From: Octopus bimaculoides
Lineage: Eukaryota
Reading direction: 5' to 3'
Length of the DNA: 64,000 nt
Assembly (NCBI RefSeq): GCF_001194135.2
Contig: NC_068982.1
Span: 183,293,386 to 183,357,385 of the forward strand
The notes under the pieces are model-generated. The model was not told the DNA's origin, ran no database searches, and saw nothing but the letters and a program-made list of their open reading frames with translations. This document shows positions 53,766-64,000 of this stretch, piece after piece. Both the position numbers and the translations under genes were made by a program. Each line of letters opens with the position of its first letter. Position 1 is the first letter of the stretch.

Positions 53766-55849
53766 GTTAGCTGCTATATCAAGCTGTATCATCAGTGAAA
53801 TATTCATAAGTGTAAATATTTAGTTAAGGGTTTAGACAAGGGGACACAACAACAACAAAACAACAACAACAACATCAATAGCAGCAGCAGCAGTAGGAGT
53901 GTGGTGTCGGGTGGGATTGAGTGGAGGTTGGGGGGGTGGACTTAAGGGAGCTGCCTTTGTTGGTGATAACCTGCTGGTTAGCTATGTATGTAAAATATAA
54001 CACACAGCACCACAGCGCCACCGCATCCATTCTTGCTTCATAGTCCCAAGGGGTGTATTCACAGAACTTCACCAACACCACCACCAACGCCACCATATCA
54101 TCATCACAACCAACAGCAACAATATTACCACTACCACGACGACCACCACCAACAACTACCAACAGAAATATCATTATTGTCCTTGAGATGTTGCCACTTC
54201 AGATCACATTAGTGATGGAATGGAAAGTTAAACACAGTATGGGTGTTGTTGTTGTTGTTAATAGTAGTGATGGTGGTGGTGGTGACAGCTCCTGATGATT
54301 CTACGTTCAACAACTCAACAGGCATAGGCATGTACACACATACATAATGGTATTAGAAGCATTTTCCTATATACATTCTTTTTACTCACCACACACACAC
54401 ACACACACACACATACACTTATATATGTGTGAGCATACAAAAATGCATACACACACACACAAATATATACATGCACATCAAAAACACATACATGTAAACA
54501 GTGGTGGGGTTGGAATAGATAGGAATCATATTTTTTTTTTTTACCTTTTGAATAAACATTTTCACATGAGTTCCATCACAGTTTGTTTGGAACAGTAAAG
54601 TTCTTAAAACCATCCCCCATGTTTCTAGACCATCATAGTCTTGTATTCTTTCGGCAGGAATTGATTATCAATGTGTTTTGGTGTCACTTTATAGCCAGCA
54701 GAGCAGATTTGATTTTGACATGCTTTGCAACCATGTAGCTTAAGTTTTAGTTCCACTGCACAGCACCTTGGGCAAGTGTCTTCTGCTATAGCCCCAGGCT
54801 ACCCAATGTCATATGAGTAAATCTGGTAGACAGAAATTGTGTGGAAGTGCATAGTTTTTATATCTATATATATGTCTATGTGTCTGTGTCTTTATGTCTG
54901 TGTTTGTCACCCAGTGCCGCTTTGACTGGCTTCCATGCCGGTGGCACGTAAAATCCACCATCTGATCATGGTCGATGCCAGCTCCTCTGGCCCCTGTGCC
55001 AGTGGCATGTAAAAAGCACCCACTACACTCTTGGAGTGGTTAGCATTAAGAAGGGCATCCAGCTGTAGAAACACTGCCAGATCAGATTGGGGCCTGGTGC
55101 AGCCTCCTGGCTTCCCAGACCCCAGTCGAACCGTCAAACCCATGCCAGCATGGAAAACGGACGTTAAACAATGATAATGATGACCACTGCTTGACAACTG
55201 GTGTTGATCCAGTTAAGTCTCTGTAACATAGCGGTTTGGCAAAAAAAAAAAAAAACAGAATAAGTACCAAACTTAAAAAAAAAACATAAGTATTGGGAGT
55301 GATTTGTTCGACTAAAACCCTTTGAGACGTTACCCCAGCATGGCCACAATTCAATGACAGAAACAAGTAAATGATATAAAAATATGTGTGATTGATTTTG
55401 GTTTGCAACAGTAAATGTTGTCTGTGTGTTTATTTAAGCATTGTGTGGTATTACTTTTATGGTTAAGCAACTAATTTTGTCAGGAATTCTATAGAGTATA
55501 GATATGCTGACCATAGCGCTTGCCTACTGAATTCTGCTTTGTATCATGCAGTGTCATGCATTTCAATTGCTCTTTGTTGTGAATGCATGTTGAGAAAGTG
55601 AGAGAGTGTTATATATGTATGGCCTATATCATGGAATACTGTCAGCCATATACGTAATTGACTTTGTAGGTTAAATGAAACAGACGTTAAATGATGATGC
55701 TGATAATGATGATTGAACAAGCTTAGATGCAGATTTACATATATGCGATCTGTTATTGATAAGAAGGTTTTCAGTTTTGGTAATTTTATTGTTTATTACA
55801 CTTGTTAGTTTTATGGTTGGGTGGCACATTTTGTGTTTTGCTTTATGAG

Positions 55850-56790
55850 GTTTTTCATGATGTCATAAAGGACACATTGGAAGACATCAGGAAATTAAAG
55901 GAAGACTCAGAAAACAATTCTATACTAAAACTCAACATCCTAAACGCTGTAAATAAAATCCTAGCAATACAGTGACTCCATTCCTAGACATAAACATTAG
56001 ATTCTAGAAAGATTCCAAATCTAAATACAGACGTTTTACTCCAGCAAAAACATTTTTGTACCCTCTGATAAGACTAAGAATAGCTAAGATGTCAACCCGA
56101 GTAAATACCATAAATTTCTTTTGAGCTTCAACATGAATAACTACAAAAAGATGAGATTCTTTTAAAATTCTACATGATACTAATACTAAAGTAAAAAGAC
56201 TAGCATCAGATTTAGAAGTAGAGACTAGAATGTTATACTTGGTGGTAAAAAATCCTATATATTACACATAAGGCTAACTTTGCTATAAACCCCACAACCA
56301 AACTCATTAATCTGGCAAAAACACACACAGCAGCATTATCAGCAAATATTTATTGATAAGGTAATCCCCAAAGTCTGATTATTGTCTCATTTACTCATAT
56401 TGAATAATTCAGATTCAGTTATGATGTGCTTTAAATCCCTATCTCACAAACAAACAAATAAAAATTGTAAATTTACTCAGTTTAGCATAGAAAATTCCTA
56501 CCCACCCATATTTGAATCCCTGTTTACAGATGCATTGAATTTTTCAAAGAATTCCTCACTTAATACTATTTCTCAAATTAACAACATTATACATACTAGG
56601 AAGTCCATTTGAATTTTTGAAAAACAGGATATCAAATGTTTCCTTTTGACACTAGCATAGAATCAAGAGATTTGGCTGAGATAAGTGATACTCTGAGATT
56701 GCATATGTTAACCCATTTACATATTAAGCTTCTATATATTAATTTGGTTGTATTTACAGAAACAAGGGTCCATTTATCCTCAGAAATACC
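55850..56790 (+). mobile_element. Decayed Penelope-like element reverse transcriptase remnant
   Basis: Broken frames give HKANFAINPTTKLINLAK, CKFTQFSIENSYPPI..LFTDALNF..IIHTRKS and FDTSIESRDLAEISDTLRLHML. These match, in order, remembered PLE RT motifs (HKENF..NP.CRLINPAK; KFIQFDI.DFYPSI; FDVTMGS.DGAE.CELVGLYLL). Confidence 0.7.
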
Positions 56791-57790
56791 AATAAACAAT
56801 GAACACAGAGGTCTTTCTGCAGGGTTACACATTTACAGTTGAGTGAACTGGAACAATGTGAAATAAAGTGTCTTACTCAAGAACACAGTGCACCATCTGG
56901 TCTGGAAGCCAAAACCACAATTTTGAAATTCTAAGAGCTACACCTCAACCACTAAGCCATCATCATGTGCCATCACATACATAAGGAGACTTAAAAATAA
57001 TTTAAATTACAATGCTAACTAGAAATTAATTGATGTGCCAAGCTACACAACTATTCTAATCGGACTTGTTTGCTTTGCCTCTCTGTATTCTATGCAATAT
57101 TTTTTCAATTGTTTCTTTACTTAATTAAAACACTACATTGATTTCAAGGTTTATGCATGAATGGTTTTGTATACCTATCTTTTCTTAAACTGTTTGTTAG
57201 ATGACAAAAGCTGAGAATTGGCTACCAGAGTGATTTCCTTTTATAAACAGCATTGAAAAACAGGAATGTTAAAATCTCATGTAAAAGAAAAATCAAAAAA
57301 AGAAAAATCACAAAACATTAATTACTTTCTTTTCATGAAGACAAAAAAAAAAACTGTTGTCTTTTCACCTACATTTAGAAGAATAAATTAATCAATGGCC
57401 CAAACTCCTCTTAATAATCTTAATTTTAAGATTTCAGTTTTCTTCACAATTTTGGAATATCATATCAATTTTAATGTTACAGGGTATCTTAGACTCCACT
57501 TATCCATTACAGATGAAGACATACAAGAGTGATTTCCCTTTATAGACTATGACTTATACCAGATTCACCACAAAGGTTATGAATTGTATTCTTTCCAACT
57601 ATTTTATTACAATTTGGTTTTATCCATTGCTATATTGTCAATAAAAATATTTGTTAATCATGTACAAACCTTCATAAATTGTTCAAAGTGAAAGTCTTTT
57701 TTAAAATCTGTGTTGTGTTGTCTATATGTTGAAACACACACACACACACACATAAATTAATAAATAAATAAAAATAACTCTAAGTATTAA

Positions 57791-57827
<37 letters not shown>

Positions 57828-58226
57828 TATAGTTTTTTTTAAGTCTGTGTTGCATTGACAGATTTGCATTTAAAATTCCCTGGCTTTTAAACAAAATTTG
57901 TTAGCTACTAAGGTGACAGCACTACCTATTTATCTATCTGTCACACTCTCTCTCTCTCTCTGTATTTGTCTCTCAACAACTTTTTCTCCTCCCCTTCTTC
58001 CCTCTCTCTATACAGATATTATTATAGAGAGACAGATGGAGATCTGCTTCTCTTTACTAATATAAGATTTAACACTGTGAGTCCTCACCCATTACATTTT
58101 ATAAACTATATTTTATATTCCTACATTGTATATATCTTTTTATTTTAATACATCAGTTGTCTTATAAGTGAACCAGCAGCCTATTCCAGCCCTGTTTCTT
58201 TCTCAATTATGTTTCTTCCTACTTAC

Positions 58227-58301
58227 ATCCTGTTCTATTATTTCCCAAATCTTAAGTTTCATTATATATGCAAAATTTTGACAGTGGTCCTCGTTAGAAT
58301 T
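58227..58301 (-). CDS. Candidate coding exon (75 nt, phase 0/0): NSNEDHCQNFAYIMKLKIWEIIEQD
   Basis: Acceptor ttgaattttcag|AAT, consensus donor GAT|gtaagt, open frame, unique sequence. Short enough to arise by chance. Confidence 0.4.
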
Positions 58302-58446
58302 CTGAAAATTCAACAGATGCAACTGCAGTAAACTGTCATCCTCTATAGTTTTCAGCTTTATTTTACTTATTTTACATTTAGTTTGCTCTGCTACTCGTAT
58401 CAAGTAATGTCTAACTGTTGTTGTGTGTACTTTAGAACAATAATTG

Positions 58447-58519
<73 letters not shown>

Positions 58520-58804
58520 TACATGCATACATACATACATACATACATACATACATTCAATAGGAGGTAAAGACTGTCAAATGTAAGTGAGGCTATCATG
58601 TTACCCCACCCACTATAATTTGTGAAAACAACAGTAGCAGCAACAATAATTGTGGTGGTGGTAGTGGTGGTGGTGTGATGGCGGTTGCAATAGTGGGGGG
58701 TACAAGTGAAGTGGAGTAGAGGGGGAGGGGGTAGTTAGAATGAACAGCAAATGTTTCAGTAGCTGAAACAGTTTAAAGCTGGATGGAAAGTATTGGAAAG
58801 AAAA

Positions 58805-58918
58805 GGTCAGATGTATATGCACATATATGTATGTTTATATGTATGTGAGTATGTAGGAATGTCTGTGTGTACATGTCTGTATCCATGTGTGTGCGTGCGC
58901 GCATGTGTGTGTGTGTAC

Positions 58919-58956
<38 letters not shown>

Positions 58957-59091
58957 ATAGATATATACATATATTTGTGTATTATGTATGTGTCTATGTA
59001 TGTACATAGGTGTATGTGTGTGTGTGCATATATATATATATATATGTGTATGTATGTATGTATGTATATATATATGTGTGTGTGTGTGTAG

Positions 59092-59170
<79 letters not shown>

Positions 59171-59228
59171 TGTGTGTATGTATGTACATATGTGTGTGTG
59201 TACTTATGTATATTTATATATATGTATG

Positions 59229-59259
<31 letters not shown>

Positions 59260-59262
59260 GTC
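58805..59262. repeat. Compound (TG)n/(TA)n/(TATG)n microsatellite
   Basis: Direct reading. Similar tracts at 5330-5600, 22170-22370, 25730-25945, 38300-39070, 45630-46180, 46830-46955 and 63700-64000. Confidence 0.95.
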
Positions 59263-62049
59263 AGACAGAGTGTGCAAGACAGAAAAGGGTGGTGTGATGG
59301 TTGTGGCAGAGGTATTTGGTTGGCAAACTCCCAACAGTCTGATGTACCAGCAGGTCTTTTAATGCTCCGGTACCCTTGTTTACTGTGACCCTAAATAGGG
59401 ATAACAACAAATGCATAAATATATTGTGAGCTTGTGCCTCGTGTCTTGGTAGACAGTCAAATTGTAAATGATTATATAGTTACCTAGATAGAAGTTTAAT
59501 TGCTTAGATAAGTAATTAGCTTTATAACTGAAGAATTGTATGGTATATCAGAGTTAAAGAGATCAACAACTGCAATCAGTTGGATAATTAACTAAGCATA
59601 GACATATATGATTAGAAATATTTGGTCATAAAAAGACAACTACATGCTATCAGATGACTACTAAAACTTCCACACTACCACAACACACCAGAAGATTGTT
59701 ACTACAATACCCTGGTACACTCGAAATAAAACACCCCAGAATACTGTTACAATACTGCTAGTAGAATACTCCAGAACACTCTTTCTACATCATTCAAGAC
59801 CAATACTACAACACCCAGAACACTAAACAACAATCACTACAACACCGTTCTAAAATCACTATGACAACACCCTAAAACAACCAAACATAACAGACTATAC
59901 ATAATAAAATAGAGGCTGCATCATTAGCTACCCAAACTCAGTGCTATGTTCTACTCATCTTTCTATGACCGCAATCTGAAATAAGAGTCAAAGAAAGACA
60001 ACTATCACAGTCCAGCCATGTCCACCTGGCCTACATCCCCTGTAGTCAGTGTGCAGTATAGGTGTCAACAAGGTTAAGGTATTCAATGTATGAAGGCATA
60101 GATCTATAGACAACATCTACCTAAATGTCATCCTGGGGCTGCACAACAGCAACAAGGTAAATGCATATATGTAAGTGTGTGTGTGTGTGTGTGTGTGTGT
60201 GTAGGGATACTCAACTACAATGAAGCATGATAGCTAGGTTGTAAGATTACAACTAAGTTGGTTTAACTTAAATTATTAACATATATTGGGGTTTAAATCC
60301 TTAAAATATATTAGGAGCAGGATGGGGGTTAAAGACTGGTATTTCCTGAAGGAACAAGTGTAATTACTCATACTTAACTTCCGTAATTCAATATAGTGAC
60401 TGCAATAACTTTATAGATGTATCTTCTTGTTTTGTTTGAAAACTAGAAAAGGTTTTGGCTGTTTGAGAAGTAAAACTTGGACCAATACAGTCATGTATTT
60501 TTGACCTTACCAGCAAATCTTAACCATTGAGTAGACAAATAGTAAAATTACTTAATTGCTAACAGCCAAATTGACAACTTAGTAACCAATATTTTATTAT
60601 ATTTAATCAGAGGGAGTTAGAAAGTGACTCAAAGACTGAGAGTTTCATGCATGAATAACATTATGTGTTGGTTGACTTGCTAAAAAAACTGCAACCAAAT
60701 TTCCCACCAAAAATTGCAACCAAATTAACATTTTATAAATGTTAGCATTTATGCTAACATTTATTTAAAAAAAAAAAGTGGAGATGGCACATTTGATAAT
60801 GCAGTCATAAATATTTCTAAAAAGATGGTTTGATCACATCTGGAATGTTAGCTTTCAATCAAAGATCTCCTGGATAAGGATAAACTGGGCCTAAACAATA
60901 ACTACATGTCAGTCACATATTTACAAGGGACTAAAGTGTAAACAAGGGGTAAAGGAAGATGGGTATCTGTGTAGTTAGGTATGACAATTGTGACAGAATA
61001 GCTACATGGCTAGTTATAGAACTAGCCATGTAGCAAACTTGCTACCAAGCTACATAGTTGTCCAGATAAGGTTATCTAACCAGAGGTGAGACAAAATAAA
61101 AAGAACAAGCTGTGATAAATAAACAAAATCTCAGTATTCCCTACATCTCTCCAAAAGTTAAAGGGGGTACTAGCTAGAGCACAGCTGTTGTTATTAGTCT
61201 ACCCTGTACACATCATATCATCTTACATGACTGCTCCATGTCATACTACCAACATTGCAGTCACAGCAATATAGAATTGACATTATAAAACACACACACA
61301 CACACACACATGCTCATATACATGCAACACACACACACACACGTGCACACACACAAACACATATGCGCGTGTGTACACACACACGTACACACATACACAC
61401 ACTACAATGCAAAAATGGTGCGGGTGAGCGTGTAACATATGTGCTCTGACAAACAACATAGCTACGTAGTGGATCTTCAGCAGGTTTGCAGAACCCTTCT
61501 TCTGTAAAACCCAAACCCTGTTAGATGTTATGCTAAGAGCAGGAGGACACTGAAGGAGTGGCAGAGTTAGATTCCCTGGGGGAAAGAAAGCCAAAAGAAA
61601 ATAGAGACCAGATGCTGAAGAGGAATCAGTAGAGACACTATGATGACATCATTATGCCATCACCATAGATACCCGAATCCTACCACCATCAGCACCACCA
61701 CCACCACCACCACTACTACTACTACTCTTCCTTCTACCAAAGCAACTCTCTCAGTATGTCTTCAATATCAATTTTATTGCAAATCTCAAAGACGTACAAT
61801 TTACGTTAACTTTATATTTAAGGAATCAGTGAGAAATACCAGCCAAATTTCCCCTCAAATCACATCCTAATGTTTTATAAGAAGGATACACTGAATAAAG
61901 TACTCCAGGGTACACAGATGTAGTATGGTACTGAGGCTGTTGTACTGTGATACAAGTGTGGTAGACAAGAATGCCTTGTGGTAGTTGTTCTTTCTCTCAA
62001 TGGTCTGAGTTCAAATCCTGCTGAGATTAACTTTGCCTCTCATTCTTTT

Positions 62050-62087
<38 letters not shown>

Positions 62088-62164
62088 CGTGTGTGCAATG
62101 GTGGTGGTGGTGATAAAATGGTACCAAACCAGGGAAGGAGATTGGCAGGACTGTTAAAGCATGA

Positions 62165-62400
62165 AGGCGGCTAGCTGGCAGAAACGTTAACATGCCGGGC
62201 AAAATGCTTAGCGGTATTTCGTCTGCCATTATGTTCTGAGTTCCAATGCCGCCAAGGTCGGCTTTGCCTTTCATCCTTTTGGGGGTCGATAAATTAAGTA
62301 CCAGCTACGCACTGGAGTCAATGTAATCGATTTCTCCCTTTGTCTGTCCTTGTTTGTCCCCTCTATGGTTAGCCCCTTGTGGGCAATGAAGAAATAAGAT
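62165..62400 (+). mobile_element. SINE family C copy
   Basis: Highly similar to 24515-24746 along its whole length. Confidence 0.8.
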
Positions 62401-62492
62401 CTGTTAAAGCACATGTAATAAGATACATTTGGAGGAGGAGATGGGTAGACTATCACTATGAATGACACAGAGTACTCAGCATCAACCCTTTT

Positions 62493-62757
62493 CAGACTCA
62501 TGGTCGAGGGATCGCGGGTTCGAATCTCAGACCAGGATATGTGTGTTTATGAGTGAAACACCTAAGTTCCACGTGGCTCTGGCAGAAGGTAATGGTAAGC
62601 TTCTGCTGACTCTTTTGCCACAACTTTCTCTCACTCTTTCCTCTTACACCTAGCATCTCACCTACGACAGATCAGCGTCCTGTCCAGGTGGGGAACCTAT
62701 ATGCCAATGAAACCGGGAAACCGGCCAGGCATGGCTCTAGAAGGAACAAACAACAAC
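62493..62757 (+). mobile_element. Related SINE: same head and 5' body as 32364, but a different 3' module
   Basis: Shares ggttcgaatctcagacc...acctaag.tccacg.ggct...caactttctctcactctt, then switches to gatcagcgtcctgtccaggtggggaacctatatgccaatgaaaccggg and a CAA tail. Confidence 0.7.
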
Positions 62758-63199
62758 AGATATTGTATTTTCTTATATACAAGCTGATATATATAGTGTA
62801 AACATGTAGTGTAAACATTTAAACATCATTACTGTCTTTCTAAATCCTGTCGCATTACACATGCAAATTTTGGTCTGCCAAAGTTGTTTTGGTTTGTAAG
62901 TTGACTTTTTTTATGGCTGAAAACTTTGACTTGTATGCCATAGAATAAAGTATATGACTCTGTGTCAATGGTGGAACTATAATGATTGTCACTCACTAAC
63001 CCAGATTCATTACGACGATAGATACTTACTATAAATATGTGGCCCTATCTATATCCAGGGTCACTCTGTTAATCAGGGTTGTTTATGTATCTGTTCCTAT
63101 ATGTTCAAGTTGAGCAAGGGATTTTTTTCTTTATAGAAGTCTTTGAAAATTTTTACCCTCCATGCCACCAGTGTTGCTCAAAGGAAGAAATTTCATGAA

Positions 63200-63330
63200 A
63201 GACCAATAAAAATTGGCACCAGAGTTGCTGCAGACATTGGCACCAGAATCAATGCAAAGACCCAGAACAGATACTACAAGGCTTCTTTTTCATGCTTTAA
63301 CAGTTCTGCCAATCTCCGTCTCTGGTTTGG
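63200..63330 (+). mobile_element. RTE-type RT C-terminal fragment
   Basis: ADIGTRINAKTQNRYYKASFSCF...LRLW resembles D..INARI.KAS..F..L...W. Confidence 0.45.
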
Positions 63331-63702
63331 TATCATTTTATCACCACCACTACCACCACCATCTCACACACACAACAAAAGAATAAAAGGCAAAGTTAAT
63401 CTCAGCAGGATTTGAACTCAGAACATTTAGAGTAAGAACAACTACCACAAGGCATTCCATCCAACAACCTAACAACTCTGCCAGATTGTCCCCTTGATCC
63501 TGTATCAGTATTAGACATTCATATTTAAAGATTTCAACAAAATTACATAATTCTTAACACTATGATAAAAACTGAAATGTTGATAATGAAATCTCCACAG
63601 AATCCATACATATGGCTTTCAAACTGGTGGAACTTGTAAGATTTCTCATTCAGCTGTTCCAGAATATTACGTACCACTCTAGTATCAAACAGTATGTACA
63701 AC

Positions 63703-63737
<35 letters not shown>

Positions 63738-64000
63738 ATTAAATACACACACACACACGCACATATATATATGCATATGTACACATATAATATATACATA
63801 CACACATATAAATACATATATACATACACATATATATATACATATATACATACACACATATATATACATATATACATACACACATATATACATATATACA
63901 TACACACATATATACATATATACATACATATATATATATACATATATACATACATATATATATATACATATATACATACATATATATATATACATATATA

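Noticed and set aside
58227-58301. Globin A-helix-like WEIIEQD similarity
   Set aside because: The downstream spacing to the conserved Pro and the intron phase do not fit globins.
61400-61590. Strong minus-strand acceptor (ttttcttttggctttctttcccccag) with an open frame
   Set aside because: No credible donor before the microsatellite and no recognisable protein motif.

Overview
This is eukaryotic, AT-rich genomic DNA from a gapped assembly, saturated with microsatellites. The repeat landscape is the kind I associate with octopus (coleoid cephalopod) genomes; this is an inference from remembered repeat families, not a database match. Most of the window is interspersed repeat: at least three SINE-like families in many copies, decayed RTE-type LINE pieces, a Penelope-like RT remnant, TTAA-bounded piggyBac-type MITEs, a MER1/Charlie-like hAT relic and simple repeats. 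Nearly all ORFs in the supplied track are artefacts of microsatellites or N gaps. There is no CRISPR array, rRNA, true tRNA gene or intact transposase/RT. The best non-repeat signal is a well-bounded 141-nt phase-0/0 exon on the minus strand (30793-30933) of an unidentified gene, with weaker candidate companion exons. The most unusual structure is a ~178-bp-arm inverted repeat (51969-52408) in which each arm carries a minimal type-I hammerhead-ribozyme motif with palindromic helix III and a CCGAUGA core variant. A second, unrelated degenerate hammerhead motif lies at ~43.5 kb.
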